Source of the DNA: an uncultured Planctomycetaceae bacterium
Lineage (GTDB): Bacteria; Planctomycetota; Planctomycetia; Planctomycetales; Planctomycetaceae
DNA: 64,000 nt
Reading direction: 5' to 3'
Assembly (NCBI GenBank): GCA_963813715.1
Contig: CAWFAK010000017.1
Location: forward strand, 544,001 to 608,000
This document shows positions 36,314-46,170 of this stretch, in pieces. Position numbers and translations under genes: made by a program. Every line of letters begins with the position of its first letter. Within the stretch, counting starts at the first letter, position 1. The notes beneath the pieces are model-generated. The model ran no database searches. It was not told the DNA's origin and saw nothing but the letters and a program-made list of their open reading frames with translations.

Positions 36314-36551
36314 CGGCGCGAACTCGCGCTTGCGGGCCCTTTCCGATCAAACTTCGCCCGGAGCCCGCTGCTCAACTTGTGTCGCTTTTGATTGCATGGC
36401 CGACATGTTGGCTGCGGCCGGACCAACGCGGCCGACGCGATGCTTGCACACTTCGGCCCAAACTTGCTTCGAGCAAATTGACTGCCCGATCCTACCCCGG
36501 CAGCCAGCATACTCTTGATAAAGTTCGCTGCCTCGATGCGATGTCACCTGT

Positions 36552-36568
36552 TTGGCATAACCCTTGCA
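36552..36568 (+). promoter_or_regulatory. sigma54 promoter for the CsbD/DUF883 operon
   Basis: TTGGCATAACCCTTGCA. Confidence 0.8.
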
Positions 36569-36667
36569 TTAAGTTGAGCATTCGCCGGGCGGCTCGTGCT
36601 GATGCTCTTTCTTCGGTGCGGACCCGGAAATCTCGATAAAACACATTTAACCGAAGGAGTCGCAGTC

Positions 36668-37087
36668 ATGATTAACCAAGCCACGCTGCAAGGGAACTGG
36701 AACGAGATCAAGGGAAAGCTTCGCAAGCACTGGGGTCAGCTGAGCAATGACGACGTGCAGACCTTCAACGGCAACATCGATCAGCTGGTCGGTCTGATTC
36801 AGCGAAAGACGGGCGAAGCCCGATCGCAGGTCGAAGACTATCTCGACGAGCTGACGTCCAAAGGCTCGGCATCCTTCACGGAGGCGACCGAAAACGTGCG
36901 CGAATACGTACAGCAGGCGGCCGACCGCATTCAAGAGGGGTCGCAGCAGGCGCTCGAAAGCGTCCGCGGCGGTTACGAGCAAGCCGAGGACATGATTCGC
37001 CAGCGTCCCACCGAATCGGTGGCGTTCTGCTTCGGCATCGGCGTGTTCGTCGGTCTGTTGATCGGCGCCAGCCTCCGCAGCCGCTAA
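36668..37087 (+). CDS. CsbD-like protein with C-terminal DUF883-like tail anchor
   Basis: GNWNEIKGKLRKHWGQLSNDD; IRQRP..SV...FGIGVFVGLL. Confidence 0.85.
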   Translation: MINQATLQGNWNEIKGKLRKHWGQLSNDDVQTFNGNIDQLVGLIQRKTGEARSQVEDYLDELTSKGSASFTEATENVREYVQQAADRIQEGSQQALESVRGGYEQAEDMIRQRPTESVAFCFGIGVFVGLLIGASLRSR

Positions 37088-37185
37088 ACGCGGCGGCGGT
37101 TGTTCGTCCGGCGCGGCGGCCCGGCGATGGCATTGCACCGTGGAGGCCTGCGTCGGTCGGGCCTTCGCCTTTTCGGGAGCCGGTC

Positions 37186-37493
37186 ATGAGTTCACATATG
37201 CAGCAAGGCAATCGGCGGCGGGGAATGTCGCCACCGTCGCGCCAGTCTTTCGCGTCGTCCTCGCGAGAGCTCGTCGATTCGTCGCGCGAACTTGTCGAGG
37301 ACTATCCAATGGCTTCGACGCTGTTGGCGTTCGGCGTGGGTCTCGGCGTGGGCGTGCTGGTCGGTCAGACGATCGCCGGGCGCTCAGTCCGGAGGCAACG
37401 CCGGCGTCGCGGCTCGAATCGTTGAGCCAGCAGCTCCACGACGTCGTCCGGAAAACCATTCCGGAGGCCATCAGCCGGCATCTTTCGCGCTGA
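37186..37493 (+). CDS. DUF883-like membrane protein (frameshift near 37380)
   Basis: VEDYPMASTLLAFGVGLGVGVL; continues ...HLSR in the shifted frame. Confidence 0.65.
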
Positions 37494-37650
37494 AGGGACT
37501 GGGTGGCGCGCTGGCAGGCTGAAGGAACGGATTTGGTGGCTGCCTCGACCTGGGCAATGCAGTATGCTCGATGAAGAGCAAAATTCGCGGTGAAATAGGT
37601 CTGCCAGAGATGTACGGCGGCGGACCCGGGAAAGAAACGAGACCATTGCC

Positions 37651-38085
37651 ATGACCCGCTCTGAGCCCACGATCGAGCAGGTGCGCGAGGAGATGCGCCA
37701 GATTCGGTCGAATCTGGACGACGAAGTCGAAACGTTCGTGCAGAGCACGCGGGGGATGTTCGATTGGCGCTCGTATGTGCGTCATGCTCCGTGGCTCTGC
37801 CTGGGCGCGGCGGCCGTGGCGGCGTACCTGGTCGTGCCGTCGAAGGCAAAAGTCGTCTCGCCCACTCCGGAGCAGATGGCCGAGTTGGCCAAGCATGCGA
37901 AGGTAACGTTGGGCGAGTCCGTGACGCAGGAGAAGTCCAAGTCGCTGGGCCGCGAGCTGGCGGGGGTCGCGCTGGGCCTGATTGTGCGGGCCGGCGTCTC
38001 CGTCGCGACCCAGCAGTTCAACCAATTCATGAACCGGCCCCCCGGGCCGAGCGGGCGAGAGGGGGCAGGAGGTCCGAAGCGATGA
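37651..38085 (+). CDS. Hypothetical membrane protein (DUF3618-like N-terminus)
   Basis: EQVREEMRQIRSNL...YVRHAPW + TM segment. Confidence 0.65.
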   Translation: MTRSEPTIEQVREEMRQIRSNLDDEVETFVQSTRGMFDWRSYVRHAPWLCLGAAAVAAYLVVPSKAKVVSPTPEQMAELAKHAKVTLGESVTQEKSKSLGRELAGVALGLIVRAGVSVATQQFNQFMNRPPGPSGREGAGGPKR

Positions 38086-38288
38086 TCATGAAAAATCGAC
38101 TTTCGGAAGAGGCGTTCGCCAGCAGCAAGGAGCGGCGCTCTCGACCTGCCACAGGCCGCGGGATGATGGGACCAGCGACCAAGTACTTCGATAGTCTCGA
38201 AGACACAATTGCCGATCATCCGGGGCTCAGCCTGGCGGCCGCACTTTTGGCCGGCGTCCTGCTGGCCTTTTGGATCAAACGACGATGA
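38082..38288 (+). CDS. Small DUF883-like tail-anchored protein
   Basis: IADHPGLSLAAALLAGVLLAFWIKRR; ATGA overlaps with neighbours. Confidence 0.7.
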   Translation: MIMKNRLSEEAFASSKERRSRPATGRGMMGPATKYFDSLEDTIADHPGLSLAAALLAGVLLAFWIKRR

Positions 38289-38752
38289 GCGCGCGCGTCG
38301 AGGAAAACGGTCATTCGGCAGGCGGAACGGCCGCGCGAAGCGTGGGCCAGATCCTGCACGACATCTTGACGCTGGGCCAGCTCCAAGCCCAGCTCTTTAC
38401 GCTCGACGCGAAGGAGGCCGGCTCCCGCATTCAGCGGCCGCTTGTGGCCTTGGCCGCTGGCGCCGTGCTGGCGGTCTGCGCTGTGCCGGTCGCCTTATTT
38501 GGGATCGCCCTCTTGCTCGTTGACGTCGCCGGGATGAGCCGGCTGGCGTCGGTCTGGATCACGTTCATCTTCGCGATCTTTGTGGCCGCATCGCTCGTCG
38601 GCTATGCGATCGCGTGGTTCCGTAAACCTCCCGGGATCTTTACACATTCCCGCGAGGAGTTGGTCAACAACATCGAGCGCGTCAAGGAAATGCTGCACCG
38701 TTCGGGGCCCACCACGCGGTCGGGCCTGCCGCGGTCCAGCTCCCGGACGTGA
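38285..38752 (+). CDS. YqjE-like / phage-holin-family membrane protein
   Basis: LGQLQAQLFTLDAKE then two TM segments; typical DUF883 neighbour. Confidence 0.75.
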   Translation: MSARVEENGHSAGGTAARSVGQILHDILTLGQLQAQLFTLDAKEAGSRIQRPLVALAAGAVLAVCAVPVALFGIALLLVDVAGMSRLASVWITFIFAIFVAASLVGYAIAWFRKPPGIFTHSREELVNNIERVKEMLHRSGPTTRSGLPRSSSRT

Positions 38753-38792
38753 AGTTCTCGCACGATTTTCTCCCAATAGAGGATTGTCACTC

Positions 38793-39002
38793 ATGGCTCA
38801 ACATCAATCGCAAGCCGGTCGCCTGTCCCAACAGCGGACCGGGGACGGTGGGCGCGTGGCCCGGCAGGGCAGCTCGCAAATGCAACCGTTCGATGACCTG
38901 CTCCAATACGCCAAAACGTACGCCCGGGAGCGTCCGGAAACGTTCGCCCTGGCCTGCTTCGGCGTCGGCTTCATTCTGGGCTGGCGTCTCAAGCCGTGGT
39001 AA
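38793..39002 (+). CDS. Small DUF883-like tail-anchored protein
   Basis: YARERPETFALACFGVGFILGWRLKPW. Confidence 0.75.
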   Translation: MAQHQSQAGRLSQQRTGDGGRVARQGSSQMQPFDDLLQYAKTYARERPETFALACFGVGFILGWRLKPW

Positions 39003-39159
39003 GACGTGCCGGACGACGGCCGAACTGTCACTATAAGCGGGGTTGCGTGATGGCGCTTGCCGAACGCAGCCCCGCTTGTTTTTACCGGGCTGTGCTGCTC
39101 GGTCCGATTTTTCGCCTCGCCCCCGTTTCCGCCAAAATTCTTCCCGGATAAATCCCCAC

Positions 39160-41049
39160 GTGGCGAAACGCACGCAACGCACGACTTCGGATTGGACGCT
39201 ACGACTCCCGCCGACGGTCGGGAAATTTTTGCTGGCCGTCGTCGTCATTGCCTGCCTGGCTCTGACGAAGGTGGTGATGGTGCCGATCGCCTTCGCCGTG
39301 CTGTTGGCTTTCATTCTTAATCCCGTCGTGATGTTGCTGACGCGACGTGGCGTGCCCCGCGCTCCGGCCGTGGTCACCGTCGTGGCTGCGACGATGGTGT
39401 TCGCCGGCGTGTGCGGTTGGATCATGACTAGCCAGTTGCTGCAGTTCGCCAACCAGTTGCCGGAGTACGAGGGGAACGTCTCCCGCCGCATCAGCGAGCT
39501 GCGCAGCTCGAGCCGGCACTCGGTGCTGACGCGAATCGAAGAGTTCGGCAACAAGGTGACCACGGCGATCAACGATGCCGCCGAGAAGCCCGTCAAGGAC
39601 GACGTCGAACCGCAGGCAGTGCGCGTCGTCAATCAGGAGGGGACGATGCAGTTCGGGCCGATCATCACGACCGTCGACGCGGTCTTCGAGTTCCTCGCGT
39701 CGCTGGCGCTGGTGATCGTGCTCGTCATTTACATGTTGATCAACCGGGAGAAGCTGCGCAATCGCTTTTTGTGGCTCTTCGGCGAAGGACACATGACGGT
39801 TACGACGCGGGCCCTCGACGATGGTGCCCAAGGCCTCAGCGCGTTTCTGTTGATGCAGCTCTTGATCAACGGGTCGTTCGGGCTGGTGGTCGGCTGCGGG
39901 CTCTGGCTGATCGGCATGCCGTATCCCCTTCTGTGGGGCGTACTGTCGACATTCTTGCGCTACATTCCGCTCGTTGGGCCGTGGATCGCGATGTTCTTCC
40001 CCTTCGCGCTCAGTCTGGCGATCATGCCCGGCTGGACGAAACCAGCGTTGATCGTGGCTCTGTACGTGGGGTACGAGCTGGCCGCCAATCTGGTGCTCGA
40101 GCCGCTCTTGTACGGGCATTCGATGGGGGTCTCGCCGGCGGCACTGCTCGTCGCGATTGCCTTCTGGTCGTGGCTCTGGGGGGCGCCTGGGCTGGTGCTC
40201 TCGGTGCCGCTGACGGTGTGCCTGGTGGTCCTCGGAAAACACTTTCCCAATCTGGCGTTTCTCGACATTTTGCTGGGGGACGAGGCCGTTCTCACACCCC
40301 AATTGCAGCTCTATCAGCGGCTGTTGGCCCACGATCAGGACGAAGCGTTTGAAATCGTCCGGGAGCAATTGCAGAAAACAACGCTCGGGGCCGTCTTCGA
40401 CGAGGTGATGATTCCGGCCCTCGCCTCCGCTCGGAGCGACTTCGAGTCGGGCCTGATCTCGGAGAATGAAGCCGCTTCGATCTTCGAGGTGGTGCGGGAA
40501 ATCGTGGAAGAACTGGGGCCGGTCCCGGGGAATTTCGACCAGGCGGCCGCTGCCGAATCGGCCAGCGGTCACTCGACGATCAAGATCCTGGCCTGTGCGG
40601 CGCGGGATGCGGCCGACGAAGTGGCGGTCGAGATGTTTTGCCGATTGCTCGATCCGCGGGTCTGCGCCGCCGAGGTGCTGTCGACCGACCACCTCGTCTC
40701 CGAAATTGTGACGCGTGTCGGCGAGGGGCATCCGGGCATTGTCTGCATCGGCTCGCTGCCGCCGGGCGGTCTGTCCCACACGCGGCTCATCTGCAAGCGT
40801 CTGCGAACCAATTTCCCCGACCTGAAGATTGTCGTCGGCCGCTGGGGATTGCCGGCCGACTCCGAGAAGGCAAACCGCGAGCAGCTGGTGGAAGCCGGCG
40901 CGGACCAGTTCGGCACAAGCATGCAGGAAACCGCGGTCCAGCTCGTGCAGCTGCAGCAGCTCGTGCAGTCGATGTCGGGAGATGGGGCGAGCCGGAATCC
41001 CATCGCCACCGCCGACGGACCGCTGGCTTCCACGCAGAAGTCAGCCTAA
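39160..41049 (+). CDS. AI-2E family transporter with soluble C-terminal B12-binding-like domain
   Basis: LRYIPLVGP, LEPLLYGHSMGVSP, WGAPGLVLSVPLT. Confidence 0.88.
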   Translation: MAKRTQRTTSDWTLRLPPTVGKFLLAVVVIACLALTKVVMVPIAFAVLLAFILNPVVMLLTRRGVPRAPAVVTVVAATMVFAGVCGWIMTSQLLQFANQLPEYEGNVSRRISELRSSSRHSVLTRIEEFGNKVTTAINDAAEKPVKDDVEPQAVRVVNQEGTMQFGPIITTVDAVFEFLASLALVIVLVIYMLINREKLRNRFLWLFGEGHMTVTTRALDDGAQGLSAFLLMQLLINGSFGLVVGCGLWLIGMPYPLLWGVLSTFLRYIPLVGPWIAMFFPFALSLAIMPGWTKPALIVALYVGYELAANLVLEPLLYGHSMGVSPAALLVAIAFWSWLWGAPGLVLSVPLTVCLVVLGKHFPNLAFLDILLGDEAVLTPQLQLYQRLLAHDQDEAFEIVREQLQKTTLGAVFDEVMIPALASARSDFESGLISENEAASIFEVVREIVEELGPVPGNFDQAAAAESASGHSTIKILACAARDAADEVAVEMFCRLLDPRVCAAEVLSTDHLVSEIVTRVGEGHPGIVCIGSLPPGGLSHTRLICKRLRTNFPDLKIVVGRWGLPADSEKANREQLVEAGADQFGTSMQETAVQLVQLQQLVQSMSGDGASRNPIATADGPLASTQKSA

Positions 41050-41149
41050 GCGGCGGTCACCGAAACGACGCGACGGCTCAGCGACCGGGGAGAGCGATTC
41101 TCGGGGCTAGAGGCAGATCGACGCGGTTCGCCTGAACGAAACCCGTCAT

Positions 41150-41572
41150 TCACGAGAACGGGTTTTCCAGGAAGATCAGCAGACCCGTCTGGAAGGCGCA
41201 CAGGGCGAAGGCGATGGGGCTGGCCAATCGCTTCGAGCGCCGATGGAGAAAGGAAAGCGACGTGAGGGCCAGGATAGTGCCGGCCGCTTTCACCCGGAGA
41301 AAAATGTCGGGACTGCCGTTATCGATGCGGAGCAAGTAGAGACCAACCGGGTTCTTTTCGAAGTCCACAATCTCGTCGCCGGTCCGCACGACGAGATAAC
41401 CGTCGTAGAACGAGACCGCTCCGACAAACAGCAGCACGCTTGTAAAGATCGGGGCCCAGCCGTGCTGTTGACAGAGCGAAGGGTTCGCGCCCGCCGCCGA
41501 TTGTGCAGCGTTTTGTTCGCGGGAACCCAAAGGTTCGTTTGAATGCGGAGCATCTTCGACTTCATCGAACAT
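41150..41572 (-). CDS. Hypothetical membrane protein
   Basis: Three hydrophobic segments, EKNPVG motif, sigma54 site upstream. Confidence 0.65.
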   Translation of the reverse strand: MFDEVEDAPHSNEPLGSREQNAAQSAAGANPSLCQQHGWAPIFTSVLLFVGAVSFYDGYLVVRTGDEIVDFEKNPVGLYLLRIDNGSPDIFLRVKAAGTILALTSLSFLHRRSKRLASPIAFALCAFQTGLLIFLENPFS

Positions 41573-41647
41573 GGCCCGGCTCCTTACCGGCTCGGTGTAC
41601 TCTTCTCGTTGTTCGGTTGGATGTCCTCGAAAGTTGATTGAGGGAAC

Positions 41648-41664
41648 AGCAAAACGGGTGCCGA
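41648..41664 (-). promoter_or_regulatory. sigma54 promoter
   Basis: TCGGCACCCGTTTTGCT. Confidence 0.7.
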
Positions 41665-42044
41665 AACGGCGCGTGATTGGATCGACGCGACACGGCCGCG
41701 ATTCCTTTGCAGGTTCGCCAGTGCGGGTTGCGTCGAATAATAAAAGTCTAGCTCACCGCGGCTGACGGGTCGGTTAAGTCTGCCATTTGGGCCGCGTTTT
41801 CCGCACATTTGTCCAGAATCCCTGATGGGGGAAACGGCGTCACCAAGAACATTCTGCTCCCGGAGATCCCTGGGTGGTTGCCCGCTCCCGCCACACCGAA
41901 CCGTTCGCCGGCCCGTGCGCTCGGCAGCGCCGCTTGCAACGAAGCCACGTTAGAATGTGAGCGAGTTGGAATCTGGGCGTCAGTATGTGAGTGAGACCGG
42001 AGCGGCCCGGCAATCCTCGCACTCGCTCGGAGTCTGAGCTCCCG

Positions 42045-43100
42045 ATGGGGAGCAAGGGGACAGTTCAACCGGATCGGTTCGACCCCATGGGCCTCGTGAG
42101 CTTCGGTCGGCGCCACTTCAATTGCTTCGCGGCCGCCTACGACCGTTGGAGCCGGGACGATGGTCCCGTGATGGCGGCTGCCGTCGCCTACTACATCGCC
42201 CTGTCGTTCTTTCCGTTATTGCTGGTCTTGATTTCGGGCCTGGGGTTGTTCTTCCGCTTCGCGCATACCGGCCAGAGTGCCCACCAGGCGGTGCTGACAT
42301 TGATCGAAAGCGATCTTTCCCCCTCCGCTCGGACCGCAGTCGAACAGGCCCTCGACCAGGTCCGCGATCGCTCGACCATTCACGGGCCCATCGCCCTGGT
42401 GATGATGCTCATCTCGGCGATCGCGGGGTTCGTCCAATTGCAGCAGGCCTTCGACCGCATCGGCGACGTACCGAAGAGCGATCGCAAGGGCGTGGCCGCG
42501 GCCGTGCGGATGGTTCTCTTCGAGCGGCTGGTCGCCTTCCTGATGCTCTGCAGCCTGGCGCTCCTGGTAACGGCCGTGTTCATCGGGACGCTGGTGCTGT
42601 ACGCCGTCGAGCAATACACGACGGGCATCCTCCCCGGCTCGCAGATGTTCTGGCGGCCGTTACAGTCGCTCGTGAGCTTCGGCACCAACACCCTGCTCTT
42701 TTCGTTGATTTACCGCGCGCTGCCGAAAAAGCCTGCTCCGTTTAAGTTCTGTCTGCGCGGCGGAATGCTGGCCGCGGCGATCTGGGAAATTGGCCGTCAA
42801 ATCCTGGCGAGTCTGTTGATCGGCACACGCTACACGGCGGCGTACGGCGTTCTGGGATCCTTCATCGGCCTGATGCTCTGGTGCTACTACGGCGTGGCGG
42901 TGTTGCTGCTCGGCGCCGAATACATCGAGGTTCGCTGGCACTCGCCGGAGGGCGGCTGCAAAGATCCGCCGAAAGATGACGCGCCGGGCGGGAAGCCCGA
43001 GGATTCGAATCAGACCGCGACGCAGTCGACTGATGTTCTGCACCACGTGCGCACCGCCGCGCATCTCTTGGCGCATCCGATTCAAACTCTCGGTCAATAA
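42045..43100 (+). CDS. YihY/virulence factor BrkB family membrane protein
   Basis: DDGPVMAAAVAYY..LSFFPLL, YGVLGS, LLGAE; start codon uncertain. Confidence 0.9.
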   Translation: MGSKGTVQPDRFDPMGLVSFGRRHFNCFAAAYDRWSRDDGPVMAAAVAYYIALSFFPLLLVLISGLGLFFRFAHTGQSAHQAVLTLIESDLSPSARTAVEQALDQVRDRSTIHGPIALVMMLISAIAGFVQLQQAFDRIGDVPKSDRKGVAAAVRMVLFERLVAFLMLCSLALLVTAVFIGTLVLYAVEQYTTGILPGSQMFWRPLQSLVSFGTNTLLFSLIYRALPKKPAPFKFCLRGGMLAAAIWEIGRQILASLLIGTRYTAAYGVLGSFIGLMLWCYYGVAVLLLGAEYIEVRWHSPEGGCKDPPKDDAPGGKPEDSNQTATQSTDVLHHVRTAAHLLAHPIQTLGQ

Positions 43101-43316
43101 GCGCGGCGAGCGACGAAGCGCGGTGAGATGTTCTCCTCCCCCAACGATTTTCCCGCTCCGTTCACGGGACGTGCGACTGAGGCGTCGCCTTTCGACCTTT
43201 CAGCCGAGGTCGGGCGACGATCAGATCGGTCGCCTCGCCCTCAAAAAGGAACTGTCCTACGCGGCTTTCCTCGGGATTCCGGCGCACCTGGACATCGTTT
43301 TATCGCTCTCCCTTCG

Positions 43317-43332
43317 CGGCATGCCCGTTGCA
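43317..43332 (+). promoter_or_regulatory. sigma54 promoter for csbD
   Basis: CGGCATGCCCGTTGCA. Confidence 0.7.
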
Positions 43333-43445
43333 CTGCTTATATGGTGTGGAAAAAAAGTGACCGGCCTCGACGCACAGGATGAGCAGGGTGTTGGACTCCG
43401 CTCGCGAGACCGTCAAGACGGCAGGAAGCTCCGAGGAGAAAGACG

Positions 43446-43862
43446 ATGAACTGGGACACTGTGAAGGGCGACTGGAAGCAATTCAAAGGCAAGGTCAAGG
43501 AGCAGTGGGGCAAGCTCACGGACGATGACTTGAACCGCATCGAGGGCAAGCGCGAGCAGCTGGCCGGTGCGATCGAGAAGCGCTACGGCATCGAAAAGGA
43601 CGAGGCCGACCGCCAAGTCACCGCGTTCGAGAAGCAATGTGGCGAATGCGATGAAGATCAAAATCGCATGGCGGGCGAGTCGCCAAGTCGGCAGCCGCAC
43701 GAAAAACACATGGCCGGCACGAAACCGATGCACAATCCGCAGCAGGCCGGCAACAGCGGCCAGCGCATGGCGGACAAGGACATGTCTGGAGAACAACACG
43801 AGGAAAGCAAACGTGGAACTAGCGGCCAGAAGCAGCGTTCGCAGCCGCATGGCAACAAGTAA
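43446..43862 (+). CDS. CsbD family stress protein with hydrophilic tail
   Basis: MNWDTVKGDWKQFKGKVKEQWGKLTDDDL. Confidence 0.92.
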   Translation: MNWDTVKGDWKQFKGKVKEQWGKLTDDDLNRIEGKREQLAGAIEKRYGIEKDEADRQVTAFEKQCGECDEDQNRMAGESPSRQPHEKHMAGTKPMHNPQQAGNSGQRMADKDMSGEQHEESKRGTSGQKQRSQPHGNK

Positions 43863-44008
43863 ACCGCGCGGCGAGTGATCGCCGGAGCATGCACGACGAA
43901 GCCCGTGGCCGACGATTCGGCCGCGGGCTTTTTGTTCGCGCCGCTCCGTAATGATCAACGCACGGACGGGGATGACGCAGTGGAAAAAGCAGCCACTGGG
44001 ACAGAGCG

Positions 44009-44024
44009 CGGTACAGACTTTGCA
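44009..44024 (+). promoter_or_regulatory. Putative sigma54 promoter
   Basis: CGGTACAGACTTTGCA, about 60 bp upstream of the ATG at 44085. Confidence 0.55.
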
Positions 44025-44084
44025 GTCTCTAACGGGCATCGCCGATTTAAAATCCCCCGGGGTCGGCTCGAAGGAGCACCGCTC

Positions 44085-45971
44085 ATGATTACCTTGCGAA
44101 ATCGAATCCTGCGAAACTTTGTCTTGCAAAAGACTGTCCTGCGACACACAACAATCTCGATCAGCGCCCTGGCCGCTTTTTCGTGCGCCGCCTACGGCCA
44201 GGCGCCAGCCCCGACGAGCACGACGGTCACAACGACGACCTCGCGCATGTCGGCCTCGCCGACCTTGAACACAAACACCAACTCTCAGCCCGACGTCACT
44301 GGTTGGTCCGGGCATCCGGACACTGACATTCGCATCCGGGCCGGCGCCGGCAACCTGAACGTGGCCATGGCCAACTTCAGCGTGCGGACGGGTCTGGAAG
44401 TTCGCCCCAACAGAAATGCCCAGGTGGTCGTGCAAAGCGTGCGGTCGCAAACGCCGGCGGCGCGAGCAGGCGTCGAGCCCGGCGATATCATCGCGAAAAT
44501 CGACGGCAAGGAAGTCGCGACGTTCGACGACTTGCACAAAATGCTGCTACGTCGGCCGACGCAACCCGCCTTCCTGCTGTCACTGCAGCGCGGCGACCAG
44601 GCGTTTCGCGTCCCTCTCGGGCGTCAATTGACGCTGATGGGCATGACGCTCTTTCCCGATCAGGCCGATCGCCCGGTCGTCACCGAAATCGATCCTTCTT
44701 CTCCCGCGGCCTTTGCCGGCTTCCAAACCGGTGACGTGATCGTCGGTTTCAATCATCAAATGACATCGTCGATGGACCGTATGCTCGACTTCGGGATTCC
44801 GTTTATCCGCTCCGTTCCCGCGGGACAGGGACTCGCGTTTCAGGTTGCCCGTGACGGCAAGATGTACGCGCTGTCGGTCACACGTCCGGCCGATGCCGAT
44901 TTGCCGGTCCTCACTCCGGACCAGGAGCGGCACCTCCGCCGCGTGGGAACGGGCGTGAATGAGCCGGCGCCGCGGCACGTGATCAGCCAGACCACGACAT
45001 CGATGACGCAAACCGTCAATCCGCTCGTCGGGGGCGTGGCTCCTCCGGTCGGGTCCGTGGTCGTTCCGGCCGCGGTTCCCGTCGGCGTGGCCGGTGGTGT
45101 GCCGCAGTCGGTTCCCTATAACACGGCCGTCACCCAAAGCGGTGCGACCTCGTCGATCGTCGCGGCAGATGATCTCGGATTGGGTCTGCCGACTCAAAAC
45201 GGAGCCGGCGTCGGCCCTCCCCCGGCGCAATCAGACACTTTTGGACCGTTGCACCACATTAACGCCGCGGTCGCGATGCTCTACGGTAAGCCGTCGAACA
45301 TAGTGCAGCAGACGCTGATGCCGAGCTCGAATGCGCCGACGGCCTCGACCGTCACGGCGACGACGCCTGGGATGAATGCCGGCATCGTCGGCTTTGTCCA
45401 GATACAATTGACGGCGCCGCCGACCCCGGTGAATCCGCCGCCCCGCAGCGCCCCGCCAGTCGACAGCAATGCTCCGCCGGCGATGACGGCTCCGCAATCG
45501 CTGGTGAGCGCCCGCGTGACCGGCGTCCCCACGGGCGTCTATACCCTGGCAGTGAACGAATTTGGTGATTGCGGCGACGCGGCTGGAGCGTCGGCTGGTC
45601 CGGCTGCCATCACGCTAGGAACTTTGACGGTGGATGCCAACGGGCAGGGCCGCATGCGGCCGCATACGGTTAACTATTCTCCGCAAGCGGTTTTGGGCCG
45701 TGTCGTCTCGTTGGTCCCGGCGGGCGTTTTGCCTCCGGCATCGCCGGCGGGACAATCGCAGCCCGCTCCTCCAGCCGGCGTTCAGGCAAACGCAAGCCTG
45801 GCGGCCTGTGGCGTGTTTGGAGTAGCAAACCCCCGTCGTCCGATGATTGCGGATACGCTGCCTCCGGCCGGTGTTCCCGACCCGACGGTGTCGACCGCCG
45901 CGCCCACCCCTGCTCCGCCGGCACCCGTCCCGTACTCTCCGCCGGTTGCGCCGCAAGCGGCTGCACCCTGA
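44085..45971 (+). CDS. Secreted protein with two PDZ domains and a Cu/Zn-SOD-like C-terminal domain
   Basis: TPAARAGVEPGDII and SPAAFAGFQTGDVI; NEFGDC...SAG...LG.L..DANG...LGR...ACGV. Confidence 0.75.
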   Translation: MITLRNRILRNFVLQKTVLRHTTISISALAAFSCAAYGQAPAPTSTTVTTTTSRMSASPTLNTNTNSQPDVTGWSGHPDTDIRIRAGAGNLNVAMANFSVRTGLEVRPNRNAQVVVQSVRSQTPAARAGVEPGDIIAKIDGKEVATFDDLHKMLLRRPTQPAFLLSLQRGDQAFRVPLGRQLTLMGMTLFPDQADRPVVTEIDPSSPAAFAGFQTGDVIVGFNHQMTSSMDRMLDFGIPFIRSVPAGQGLAFQVARDGKMYALSVTRPADADLPVLTPDQERHLRRVGTGVNEPAPRHVISQTTTSMTQTVNPLVGGVAPPVGSVVVPAAVPVGVAGGVPQSVPYNTAVTQSGATSSIVAADDLGLGLPTQNGAGVGPPPAQSDTFGPLHHINAAVAMLYGKPSNIVQQTLMPSSNAPTASTVTATTPGMNAGIVGFVQIQLTAPPTPVNPPPRSAPPVDSNAPPAMTAPQSLVSARVTGVPTGVYTLAVNEFGDCGDAAGASAGPAAITLGTLTVDANGQGRMRPHTVNYSPQAVLGRVVSLVPAGVLPPASPAGQSQPAPPAGVQANASLAACGVFGVANPRRPMIADTLPPAGVPDPTVSTAAPTPAPPAPVPYSPPVAPQAAAP

Positions 45972-46170
45972 CGGTCGAAAGTAAACTGACGTCTGTAGCC
46001 TCGAGTTTGAAGACGCCGGGCGAGTTTTCGTCCGGCGTCTTCTTCATTCGCGGCATCGTATCGCGAGTGCGCGAGCTGAGCCGTAAAATGACGCTCGATT
46101 GCTGAACGGCGCCTCCGCGGTCGGCCGCCAGCGCCTTCGCCGTTGATCCGCCACTACTCCGGAGTGAGTG

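Noticed and set aside
38285..38752. Holin-family gene as evidence of a prophage
   Set aside because: No phage genes nearby; the context is a YqjE-like stress operon
37551..41938. Additional sigma54-like motifs at about 37552-37568 and 41921-41938
   Set aside because: GG-GC spacing is 11 rather than 10; could be indel errors, but not supportable as sequenced
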